Assembly: GCA_015485505.1 (NCBI GenBank)
Contig: WFTK01000020.1
Coordinates: forward strand, 1-40,698
Direction of reading: 5' to 3'
DNA length: 40,698 nucleotides
Source of the DNA: Patescibacteria group bacterium
Lineage (GTDB): Bacteria > Patescibacteriota > Minisyncoccia > Phycocordibacterales > UBA2100
Of the stretch, positions 8,447 to 16,960 are shown piece by piece. The notes beneath the pieces were generated by a model, which was given only the letters and a program-made list of their open reading frames with translations, ran no database searches and was not told where the DNA came from. The translations under genes were made by a program, and so were the position numbers. Numbering within the stretch: the first letter of the stretch is position 1; each line of letters begins with the position of its first letter.

Positions 8447-10381
8447 ATGAAAGTTAGTTACAATTGGTTACAAGATTACTTTGCAGAGTCTCTACCTAGT
8501 GTCTCTGAGCTTGAGCAAGTGTTTATGTTGCAGGCTCTAGAGGTTGACGGTATTGAGGAAGTTAACGGCGACTCTGTGATAGATCTAGATGTATTGCCTA
8601 ACAGAGCGCACGACTGCCTTGGGCATAGGGGTGTGGCTAAGGAGCTCTCTGTGCTGTTAGACAGAAAGATGAAGAAAGATGAACTTGGAGGTTCGACCTC
8701 CAAGTTGACAGAACTTAGCAGCCGGAGTACTAAGTTGAGTGTGGAGGTGCAAGATCAGGAGTGGTGCCCAAGGTATACAGGAGCTCTTATAAAAGGGGTT
8801 AAGGTTGGTGAGTCACCTAAGTGGCTCAGGGAGAAGCTTGAGGCAATAGGGCAAAAAAGTATAAATAATGTAGTAGACATCACCAACTATGTAATGTTTG
8901 ACCTTGGGCAACCAACGCACATATTTGATGCTGATAAGCTTACAGATAATAGTGGGATAAAGATAGCGGTGCGTAAAGCTAAGCGAGGTGAAGAGATAAC
9001 AGTCCTTGGCGGCGACAAGTATGAGCTTGATGACTCTGTGGCTGTTATCACTGATGCTAATAATGATACTCCAATAGCTATTGCCGGTATTAAAGGGGGC
9101 GAGGTGGCGGAGGTTGATGAGGATACAGTTAATATAGTGGTTGAGTCTGCTAAGTTCCACCCTACTAAGACTCGCAAGGCAAGCGCTAAGATTAAGCTTC
9201 GTACAGACGCAGTGCAGAGATTTGAGAATGAGATACCCATAGAGTTGCCTGCTTATGGTGTACTTGAGGTAGCAAGGCTTATACAAGAGGTCGCAGGTGG
9301 TGAGGTAGAGGGCTTTGTAGACTCTTGGCAAGGTGAGTCGCAAGAGCATAAGGTGAGTATTACTATCGCTGGACTCAACAACTTTTTAGGGTCTGATATT
9401 ACAATGGAGCAAGCGGTAGATATAATTAATAGGTTTGGTTGGGAGCATGAGGTGAGTGGAGAGACGCTTATAGTGACACCACCATTTGAGAGGCTTGATG
9501 TGCGTATAGCAGAGGACTTATATGAGGAGATAGGCAGGGTGTATGGATTTGAGAATATTAAAGGTAAGATGTTACCCAGCCCAGCGCCAGAGAAGTTTAT
9601 CAATAAGGAGTGGGCATATAGCGAGCTTGTGCGTAAGGTGATGCTTGAGGAGGGTGTGACAGAGACAATGACATACACTCTAACTGACAAGGGAGATATT
9701 AAATTGGCAAGTATATTGAGTGCAGATAAAGATCATATACGTAGTAATCTTAGGGTTGGACTCAGTGACGCGCTAGAGAGAGCGGTGAAGAATGCGCCAC
9801 TACTTGGAGAGTATAATATGGTTAAGATATTTGAAATTGGCAGAGTATTCCCCAAGGGTGGAGAGCATACGAGCATGGCTATAGGAGTTAAAGCTTTAAC
9901 TAAGAAGAAGGCGGAGCAGAGAGAGCAAGAGGCTTTAGAGATTGTGCGTAAAGCATTAGAGCAAGAGTTAGGTGCTAAACTCGCAGATGTTACTATCAAT
10001 AATGGCATACTTGAGTTTAATCTCTCTGATACGATTGCAAATTTACCAACACCTAGTGAGTATCCAAAATTACCACTTATAGGTAAGGGTGTTAAGTACA
10101 CACCGATTTCTCCTTTCCCATTTGTTACAAGAGACATCGCCGTGTGGGTGCCTGAGAATGCTCAAGAGAATGAGATTACAGATGTAATATATAAATATGG
10201 CGGTGAGCTTGTGCAAAGAGTAGATAAATTTGACGAGTTTAAGACAGATGGCAGGGTGTCGTTGGCATATCACATAGTCTTCCAATCTCAAAATAAAACT
10301 CTTACAGATGATGAGGTGGGGCAGGTGATGCAAAAGATTGAAGGAGAGTTAAATAGTAAAGAAAACTTTGAGGTGAGGTAA
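8447..10381 (+). CDS. pheT: Phenylalanyl-tRNA synthetase beta subunit (short form without OB tRNA-binding domain)
   Basis: It has the MKVSYNWLQDY start and the B3/4 domain (CPRYTG..SPKWLREKL..NNVVDITNYVMFDLGQPTHIFD). It begins 3 nt after pheS and is 644 aa. Confidence 0.9.
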   Translation: MKVSYNWLQDYFAESLPSVSELEQVFMLQALEVDGIEEVNGDSVIDLDVLPNRAHDCLGHRGVAKELSVLLDRKMKKDELGGSTSKLTELSSRSTKLSVEVQDQEWCPRYTGALIKGVKVGESPKWLREKLEAIGQKSINNVVDITNYVMFDLGQPTHIFDADKLTDNSGIKIAVRKAKRGEEITVLGGDKYELDDSVAVITDANNDTPIAIAGIKGGEVAEVDEDTVNIVVESAKFHPTKTRKASAKIKLRTDAVQRFENEIPIELPAYGVLEVARLIQEVAGGEVEGFVDSWQGESQEHKVSITIAGLNNFLGSDITMEQAVDIINRFGWEHEVSGETLIVTPPFERLDVRIAEDLYEEIGRVYGFENIKGKMLPSPAPEKFINKEWAYSELVRKVMLEEGVTETMTYTLTDKGDIKLASILSADKDHIRSNLRVGLSDALERAVKNAPLLGEYNMVKIFEIGRVFPKGGEHTSMAIGVKALTKKKAEQREQEALEIVRKALEQELGAKLADVTINNGILEFNLSDTIANLPTPSEYPKLPLIGKGVKYTPISPFPFVTRDIAVWVPENAQENEITDVIYKYGGELVQRVDKFDEFKTDGRVSLAYHIVFQSQNKTLTDDEVGQVMQKIEGELNSKENFEVR

Positions 10382-10407
10382 AAATTGTTTGTATTGATTA
10401 TAAAAAT

Positions 10408-10668
10408 AACCCTAAGTGCCGAACTTAATCAGCACTTGAGGTTGAAATTGGTAGGCAGGCCTTTATTTAAAGTGGATAGCCCGTCCACTAGAGCTCCCGC
10501 TCTTTTTGGCCACAAACGCATCTTTGCAAAATCAAAATTTGATGCGCCGACCTCACTACCCCTACTTACCGACTTTGAGCACTTCTTTTGGCGCTCCTAT
10601 TCGGCTGTCCCTCTCAGGATAGGTTTGTAACTTTACTCTTTTTAGAGAGTGAGTCAACCCCTAGACAA
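10408..10668. ncRNA. Candidate structured RNA of unknown class (strand unresolved; a GNRA loop favours minus)
   Basis: The 404-nt gap between pheT and nrdJ has a core that is visibly GC-richer than its AT-rich flanks. Stacked hairpins lie at 10471-10489 (6 bp), 10490-10503 (AGAGC/GCTCT, with loop GGGA on the minus strand), 10517-10546 (CGCATC/GATGCG), 10596-10623 and 10635-10650. The only ORF here (10385..10630, TTG start) does not look protein-like. Confidence 0.25.
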
Positions 10669-10785
10669 AAGTCAAAACGTTGTTTGTAATTTAGTTTTTT
10701 AAAATAATCTGGGGATAATGCACCTTCCTCATAGAGGTGGGGTGTATACTGTGTATTAAGATATTAAAAGTTATTAAATAATTAA

Positions 10786-13140
10786 GTGCGCATGACAAAG
10801 AAAGCTTCAAGTAAGAAAGTGGCGTCTAAACAACCCGCTAAGAAGAATACTACTAAGTATTCTAAATTTATTAAAGAGGTTAAAAAGAGGAGTGGCAAGA
10901 GGGTCCCATTTGATTTTGATAAGATGGTGGCAGCCACTCACAAGGCGATGCTTGCTACCGGTGAGGGCTCTCTAGAGGAGGCTACAATGATAGCTCACCA
11001 AGTGGCAGCCGACTTGACGCGCATAGCTCGTAAGCATAAGGATTTCTTACCTACTGTAGAGGGTGTACAAGATGAGATAGAGAAACAGCTTATACTCTCA
11101 GACTATGTGGCTACTGCCAAGGCATATATATTGTATAGAGCAGAGCGAGCAAAAGAGCGTGAGATGCAGCAGGTTGAGGTGCCAGAGAGGGTAAAGAAGC
11201 TTGTAGAGGAGAGTGCCAAATACTTTAAAGGTAATAAATTTGGCGAGTTTGTATTTATACGTACGTATGCTCGTTGGATCCCAGAGGAGGGCAGGAGAGA
11301 GACATGGGTAGAGACTATAGATAGGTATATGAGATTTATGAAGGAGAACCTGGGTAACAAGTACTCAGATAAGGACTATAAAGAACTCCGTGAGGCCATG
11401 CTTAATCAAGAGGTTATGCCATCTATGCGCTTATTACAATTTGCTGGAGATGCCGCTAGGCGCTGTAATGTAGTAGCTTATAACTGCTCATATCTAGCCC
11501 CGTCCAAAATTAAAGACTTTGCCGAGGCAATGTATCTCTCTATGAGTGGTACGGGAGTCGGGTTCTCTGTTGAGAGTGAGACGGTGCAGCAATTGCCACA
11601 AATCAAGAGGCAAACTGGGGTGCATAAGGGTGTGCATGTAGTGGAGGACTCTAAAGAGGGTTGGTGTGATGCTTTAACGCTAGGTCTTAAAACTTGGTAT
11701 GCAGGGGAGGATATAGATTTTGATTATTCACAATTGCGCCCGGCAGGGGCAAGGCTCAAGACTATGGGGGGCAAGAGCTCTGGCCCAGACCCACTTAGAC
11801 AGTTATTGGTATTTGCAAGAGAGAAGATACTCTCAAAGCAAGGTAAGCGCTTAGCTAACATAGATGTACACGACATAATGTGTAAGATAGCAGAGGTAGT
11901 TGTTGCCGGAGGAGTGCGCCGGAGTGCGATGATTAGCCTCTCAGACCTAGACGATAGAGACATGCGTGACGCTAAGAGCGGACAATTCTATGTGCAGCAT
12001 CCACAGCGTGCAATGGCCAATAACTCTGCAATATATAATGAGAAGCCTACAGCCGCCGAGTTTATGAATGAGTGGGTAGCTCTTATGCAGAGTGGCTCAG
12101 GAGAGCGAGGTATATTCAATAGAGGGTCACAAAAGACCCAAATGCCTAAGCGCCGAGTTGATTACCTACATGAGAAGTTAAAGAGTACAAATGGAGATCT
12201 TGGCCCCTTGGGTACCAACCCATGTGGAGAGATTATATTGCAGTCTAAGCAGTTTTGTAATCTTACAGAGGTTATCGCAAGGCAAGATGATGATGAGAAG
12301 TCTCTGGTGCGCAAGGCACGTTTGGCAGCAATGTTGGGTACATATCAATCGTCACTCACTAAGTTTGGTTATATATCTAAAGATTGGGTTAAGAATGTAG
12401 AGGAGGAGCGTCTACTTGGAGTGTCAATAACAGGACAATGGGACTCTCCGGTAGTGCGTGACCCAAAGGTTTTAAAGAAAATGAAGGACATGGCCATAAA
12501 GACTAATAAAAAGTACGCAACCAAGATAGGTATTAACCCATCTACAGCTGTAACAGCTGTTAAACCATCTGGTACAACATCCAAAACACTAAACTCTTCA
12601 AGTGGTATGCATACTCGCTTTGCTCCATACTATGTGCAGAGGATACGCATATCAGCATCGGACTCATTGTTTAAGATGCTTAAGGATCAAGGGGTGCCAT
12701 ACTACCCAGAGGTGGGTCAGAGTATGGAGAATGCCACAACATATGTGCTTGAGTTTGCTATCAAGTCGCCAAAGGGCGCTAAAGTTACAGCTGACATGAC
12801 AGCTCTAGACCAACTAGAGCATTGGAAGATGGTTAAAGAGAACTATACTGAGCATAATCCGTCTATCACAGTATCAGTTGGAGATGATGAGTGGGTAGCT
12901 GTGGCCAACTGGGTGTATGAGAACTGGGAGATTGTTGGCGGACTCTCATTCTTACCTCGCGCAGATCACGTATATCAGTTAGCACCGATGGAGGAGATAA
13001 CCAAAGAGAGATATGAGGAGCTGATAGAGAAGACCAAGGGCATAGATTTCTCTAAGCTGCCACTATATGAGATGCGAGATGAGACAGATGTGAAGAAAGA
13101 GCTTGCATGTGCCGGGGGTGTTTGCGAATTGGAGATATAA
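10786..13140 (+). CDS. nrdJ: Class II (adenosylcobalamin-dependent) ribonucleotide reductase with N-terminal ATP-cone
   Basis: It has an ATP-cone-like VKKRSGKRVPFDFDKMVAATHKAM, the active-site TNPCGEI (the class II form of the motif) and a C-terminal Cys pair CAGGVCE. The start is GTG 10786 or ATG 10792. Confidence 0.9.
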   Translation: MRMTKKASSKKVASKQPAKKNTTKYSKFIKEVKKRSGKRVPFDFDKMVAATHKAMLATGEGSLEEATMIAHQVAADLTRIARKHKDFLPTVEGVQDEIEKQLILSDYVATAKAYILYRAERAKEREMQQVEVPERVKKLVEESAKYFKGNKFGEFVFIRTYARWIPEEGRRETWVETIDRYMRFMKENLGNKYSDKDYKELREAMLNQEVMPSMRLLQFAGDAARRCNVVAYNCSYLAPSKIKDFAEAMYLSMSGTGVGFSVESETVQQLPQIKRQTGVHKGVHVVEDSKEGWCDALTLGLKTWYAGEDIDFDYSQLRPAGARLKTMGGKSSGPDPLRQLLVFAREKILSKQGKRLANIDVHDIMCKIAEVVVAGGVRRSAMISLSDLDDRDMRDAKSGQFYVQHPQRAMANNSAIYNEKPTAAEFMNEWVALMQSGSGERGIFNRGSQKTQMPKRRVDYLHEKLKSTNGDLGPLGTNPCGEIILQSKQFCNLTEVIARQDDDEKSLVRKARLAAMLGTYQSSLTKFGYISKDWVKNVEEERLLGVSITGQWDSPVVRDPKVLKKMKDMAIKTNKKYATKIGINPSTAVTAVKPSGTTSKTLNSSSGMHTRFAPYYVQRIRISASDSLFKMLKDQGVPYYPEVGQSMENATTYVLEFAIKSPKGAKVTADMTALDQLEHWKMVKENYTEHNPSITVSVGDDEWVAVANWVYENWEIVGGLSFLPRADHVYQLAPMEEITKERYEELIEKTKGIDFSKLPLYEMRDETDVKKELACAGGVCELEI

Positions 13141-13175
13141 AAGGTAGTATATTTGTAAATAATAATACATAAAAT

Positions 13176-13616
13176 ATGAAAGTTATATTACTTAAAGATA
13201 TTGCCAAAATGGGTAAGAAGTTTGATGTTAAGGAGTTGCCTAATGGCCACGCTACTCACCTTATACGCAGTGGAGCAGCTGAGCTAGCTACACCGGGTAA
13301 ACTTGCGCAGCTAGAGAGTAAGAAGGCTGGAGACAAAGCTAAGCAAGAGAAGGTGGGCAAGGAGCTCTCAGAGGCCATAGATAAGATTGCAAAGACTGGA
13401 GTAGAGATAGTAGCCAAGGCTAATGATAAGGGGCATCTATTTGAAGGGTTAAATGCAGTTAAGATACAAGAGGTGATAGCTGAGAGCATAGTAGAGTTGC
13501 CTATAAATGCGATTGTATTAGATGAGCCCATTAAAGAGCTTGGTGAGCACGAGTTAGAATTAATTAACGACGGACAAGTTACTAAGGTCAAGCTAACTGT
13601 CACAGCTCAAGAGTAG
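13176..13616 (+). CDS. rplI: 50S ribosomal protein L9
   Basis: It starts MKVILLKDIAKMGKKFDVKELPNGHA, followed by a long helix and a C-terminal domain. It is 146 aa. Confidence 0.9.
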   Translation: MKVILLKDIAKMGKKFDVKELPNGHATHLIRSGAAELATPGKLAQLESKKAGDKAKQEKVGKELSEAIDKIAKTGVEIVAKANDKGHLFEGLNAVKIQEVIAESIVELPINAIVLDEPIKELGEHELELINDGQVTKVKLTVTAQE

Positions 13617-13625
13617 CTCCTTGCT

Positions 13626-14642
13626 ATGGAGATACAAGAGAGAGTCAAGTTGGCGCCTTATACAAGTTTTAATATAGGTGGCAAGGCTAGATACTTCGCA
13701 GAGGTGTTAGACGAGGATGAGCTCAGAGAGGCTCTGGCTTTCGCTAACTCTAATAAATTAAAGTTCTTTATAATCTCTGGCGGGAGTAATGTATTATTGC
13801 CGTCAAATAGTTTTGAGGGTTTGGTTATACGCATGGTTGCAGATAGTAAAAGCGGACATAAGATATATAAAGATAATTTAATAACCTCAGCGGGGGCTAA
13901 CCTTATGAATATAATAGAAGTTGCGGGCAGTACAGGTCTCGCAGGGCTGGAGAATATGTATGGTATACCGGGCTCTGTTGGAGGTGCATTGCGAGGTAAT
14001 GCTGGGGCATTTGGCACAGAGATGAAGGATGTAGTGAGCAAGGTACGAGCTATTAACTTGCAGACAGGGGAGGTGAGAGACTTTAATAATAAAGAATGTG
14101 AGCTTGGCTACCGCACTAGCTATTTTAAAGAGCACCCCGAGTGGGTTATATTAACTATTGTATTTAAGCTATGTTCTTTTGTTAGCTCCAGAGAATTAGC
14201 CTCTTCAAAACCTCTATCCCTAGCCGCCCACTGCCCCGGTTTTCAAGAGGTTAATTCTCTGGAGCAGGCAGTGGTTAAACTTAAAAAGTGCAGAGAGAAT
14301 ATATTAGAGAAAAGAGGTGGTAAGCACGACCAAAAAGTAAAATGTGCTGGTAGTTTCTTTAAGAATCCGTTGGGTACTCTAGAGGCTATAAAAATGTTTG
14401 AAGAAGAGAAGGGGGTAGAGAGCAGAGGCGGCAGAGTGCCGGCCGGTTGGCTTATAGATAAATGTGATCTCAAAGGCACAATAGTTGGCAGCGCTAAGTG
14501 TAGCGAGCAGCAGGCCAACTATATAATAAATACAGGCAATGCTACACAAAAAGATGTGTTAGAGTTAAGAGATATTATAATAAGAAAGGTGCAAGACACC
14601 TTCAATATCACACTAGAGCCAGAGGTCATGGTGATTAAATAA
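13626..14642 (+). CDS. murB: UDP-N-acetylenolpyruvoylglucosamine reductase, carrying a 27-aa in-frame insertion
   Basis: It has the FAD-binding region (YTSFNIGGKARYF, IISGGSNVL, GIPGSVGGALRGNAGAFG) and the C-terminal AGSFFKNP. The insertion is described as a separate feature. Confidence 0.9.
   Translation: MEIQERVKLAPYTSFNIGGKARYFAEVLDEDELREALAFANSNKLKFFIISGGSNVLLPSNSFEGLVIRMVADSKSGHKIYKDNLITSAGANLMNIIEVAGSTGLAGLENMYGIPGSVGGALRGNAGAFGTEMKDVVSKVRAINLQTGEVRDFNNKECELGYRTSYFKEHPEWVILTIVFKLCSFVSSRELASSKPLSLAAHCPGFQEVNSLEQAVVKLKKCRENILEKRGGKHDQKVKCAGSFFKNPLGTLEAIKMFEEEKGVESRGGRVPAGWLIDKCDLKGTIVGSAKCSEQQANYIINTGNATQKDVLELRDIIIRKVQDTFNITLEPEVMVIK
14185..14265 (+). repeat. 81-nt palindromic (hairpin) element inside the murB ORF
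   Basis: Arms 14186-14212 and 14238-14264 are complementary at 25 of 27 positions. The exceptions are one G-T pair and one C-C mismatch, and G14185/C14265 add a further pair. The loop is 25 nt. The element is 27 codons long, so the reading frame is preserved. Confidence 0.9.
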
Positions 14643-14667
14643 AGTTCCGTGTGTTATAATTTGCACG

Positions 14668-15651
14668 ATGAGTAAGAAAGATAAAGAGCAGAAGCTTGTA
14701 ATATACACAGCTCCAAATGGTGAGGTGGATTTGAAGGTACACACAAAAGATGAAACCATATTAGCGACATTAAATCAGTTAGCGGATATTTTTGGAGTGC
14801 AGAAAGCTGCAGTATCTAAACATCTAAAGAATATATATAATACTGGCGAATTAGACCCGTTGGCAACTGTTTCCAAAATGGAAACAGTTCAAAAAGAGGG
14901 TAATAGAGAGGTAAAAAGAGATATTGAGTATTATAATCTTGACGCGATAATAGCTGTGGGATATAGGGTAAATTCTAAACACGCAACTCAATTTCGTATT
15001 TGGGCAACAAAGACTCTCAAACAGTATATAACAAAAGGATTTACAATAAATCCACACACGATTCAAAAGAATTACGAAGCATTTTTGAGTGCGGTTGAAG
15101 ATGTAAAGAAACTCTCTGCCGGTAATGATGTAATAAAGTCAGATAGTATCCTTGAGCTTGTGAAGACATTTGCTGGGACATGGTTCTCCCTGGAGTCATA
15201 CGATGAAGACAAGTTACCACAAAAAGGCTTTACTAAGAAAGAAGTTACAGTGCATGCAAAAGATTTATATAAAGACATTGCAATACTCAAGAGTGGTTTA
15301 ATTAACAATAACCAGGCGACAGAGCTCTTTGCACAAGAAAAGACTCAGAGCAGCCTAGAGGGTATACTCGGCAATGTACTTCAGAGTGCATTTGGTAGAG
15401 ATGTGTATGACAGCGTAGAGGAGAAGGCCGTGCACCTATTGTATTTTGTAGTTAAGAACCACCCATTCACAGATGGTAATAAGCGTACAGGGGCATTCTG
15501 TTTTGTGTGGTTTTTGAATAAGGTCGGTATAAAGTATAATAATAAGATTACCCCAGAGGCACTTACAGCAATCACGCTCCTTGTTGCAGAGTCAGACCCA
15601 AAAGATATGAAGAGAGTCATTGGATTGCTATTATTGATGTTAAAGAGTTAA
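14668..15651 (+). CDS. RhuM-like N-terminal domain fused to a Doc-type Fic domain (death-on-curing family)
   Basis: The N-terminus (YYNLDAIIAVGYRVNSKHATQFRIWATKTLKQYITKGF) is RhuM-like. The C-terminal HPFTDGNKRTG matches the Doc variant of the Fic motif (HxFx[D/N][A/G]NKR). There is no Phd-like ORF upstream. Confidence 0.8.
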   Translation: MSKKDKEQKLVIYTAPNGEVDLKVHTKDETILATLNQLADIFGVQKAAVSKHLKNIYNTGELDPLATVSKMETVQKEGNREVKRDIEYYNLDAIIAVGYRVNSKHATQFRIWATKTLKQYITKGFTINPHTIQKNYEAFLSAVEDVKKLSAGNDVIKSDSILELVKTFAGTWFSLESYDEDKLPQKGFTKKEVTVHAKDLYKDIAILKSGLINNNQATELFAQEKTQSSLEGILGNVLQSAFGRDVYDSVEEKAVHLLYFVVKNHPFTDGNKRTGAFCFVWFLNKVGIKYNNKITPEALTAITLLVAESDPKDMKRVIGLLLLMLKS

Positions 15652-15653
15652 GT

Positions 15654-16925
15654 ATGACTATCATTAAAACTTATATTAAAATAATAATAATTAAATTACT
15701 AATTTGGGAGGCGGGGATTACTCTGGCTCGGCATAAGCCTACTATAGTGGCTATTACAGGCTCACTTGGTAAGACTGGCACTAAAGATGCCGTGGCAGTA
15801 GCTCTCTCTGCTAAGTACTCGGTGCGCAAGAGTCCAAAGAGTTTTAATAGTGAGTTTGGTGTGCCACTTACAATACTTGGCTTGCCAAACGCTTGGGGGA
15901 GTCCGATTGGATGGCTTAAGAATCTTATTAAAGGTTTCTTCATAGCACTGTTTGGCAGAGGTTATGAAGATGTCTTGGTGCTTGAGGTTGGGGCGGATAA
16001 GCCAGGAGACATTAAAGAGCTTGCAAGTTGGATAAAGGCAGATGTGGTGATAGTCACGGCCGTGCCAGAGGTGCCTGTGCATATGGAGTTTTACCCAACC
16101 GCTCAAGATGTATTGAAAGAGAAGGGGGAGCTCATTAGTACTCTCAAGAGTGGTGGATTGTTGTTAACAGGTACAGATGAGCAGGTTAAGACACTAGAGA
16201 ATCCTAATGGCGCAACTAAGCGTATTACATATGACTCTGCAGATATTATGTATAGTAGTGATGGCAAGCCTGTTGGTATGAAGTTTATAGTTGGTGGTAA
16301 TGTGATAAAGGCGCTAGGTATATTGGGAGAGCATCAGGGTTATGCAATAGCCTTTGCTTTGGCAGTTGCCGAGCACTTGGATGTTGATGCAAATAAAGCA
16401 ACAGTCTCTCTTGAGAGTATGGAGCGCACTCCGGGGCGTATGCGTATACTCGATGGTAAGGATGGTAGCATTATTATAGACGACTCATACAACTCATCAC
16501 CAACAGCATTAAAGGCAGCACTTGAGACATTAAGTAAGTTGAACATTAAAGGTAAGAAGATTGCAATATTAGGAGATATGCGTGAGCTTGGAGAGGTAAG
16601 TGATAAGGAGCATAGAAGAGCAGGGGTTCAAGTTGCAGGCATAGTAGATGAGTTATTTGCTGTTGGGCCTCAGGCGAGTACTTTAGCAGATTCTGCAATA
16701 GCAAATGGACTCTCAAAGGAGAGGGTGCACAAGTATGAGGCAGTTGGTGGAGGAGAGCTCGCTGGTAAGGATGTATTAAAGATATTGAGTGATGGAGATA
16801 TTGTGCTTGTTAAAGCGTCTCAAGGTAAGCTCCGTCTAGAGAAAGCTGTTAAAGAGTTAATGTTACATCCAGGGCAAGCATCAAGTATGCTTGTACGACA
16901 AGAGCAAGAGTGGCTGAAGAGGTAA
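15654..16925 (+). CDS. murF: Mur ligase, probable UDP-MurNAc-tripeptide--D-Ala-D-Ala ligase (short N-terminus)
   Basis: It has the ATP-binding motif VAITGSLGKTGTKD, the central and C-terminal Mur ligase domains (DDSYNSSP, LGDMRELG), and sits directly upstream of ddl. Confidence 0.7.
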   Translation: MTIIKTYIKIIIIKLLIWEAGITLARHKPTIVAITGSLGKTGTKDAVAVALSAKYSVRKSPKSFNSEFGVPLTILGLPNAWGSPIGWLKNLIKGFFIALFGRGYEDVLVLEVGADKPGDIKELASWIKADVVIVTAVPEVPVHMEFYPTAQDVLKEKGELISTLKSGGLLLTGTDEQVKTLENPNGATKRITYDSADIMYSSDGKPVGMKFIVGGNVIKALGILGEHQGYAIAFALAVAEHLDVDANKATVSLESMERTPGRMRILDGKDGSIIIDDSYNSSPTALKAALETLSKLNIKGKKIAILGDMRELGEVSDKEHRRAGVQVAGIVDELFAVGPQASTLADSAIANGLSKERVHKYEAVGGGELAGKDVLKILSDGDIVLVKASQGKLRLEKAVKELMLHPGQASSMLVRQEQEWLKR

Positions 16926-16960
16926 TTTTGCTCTTTAGCTTTATGATATAATATCTACCA

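Noticed and set aside
10385-10630. 81-aa ORF (TTG start) in the pheT-nrdJ gap.
   Set aside because: It has a non-canonical start, no ribosome-binding site and a non-protein-like sequence, and it coincides with stacked hairpins. I treat the region as non-coding or RNA.
10382-10785. The idea that the gap encodes tmRNA, RNase P RNA, 4.5S RNA or a cobalamin riboswitch.
   Set aside because: By eye it has no tRNA-like acceptor/T-arm and no tag ORF ending in ..AA-stop. It has no GGAAAGTCC/ACAGAA..GGCTTA P4 strands and no SRP domain IV motif. AAGGCCTGCC on the minus strand only superficially resembles a B12 box, it lacks the GCCACTG element, and it points away from any gene.
10700-10785. NrdR box or operator upstream of nrdJ, around GGTGTATACTGTGTAT.
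   Set aside because: It is not a 16-bp ACAC..GTGT palindrome, there is no tandem second box at about 31-bp spacing, and only GTATAC is palindromic.
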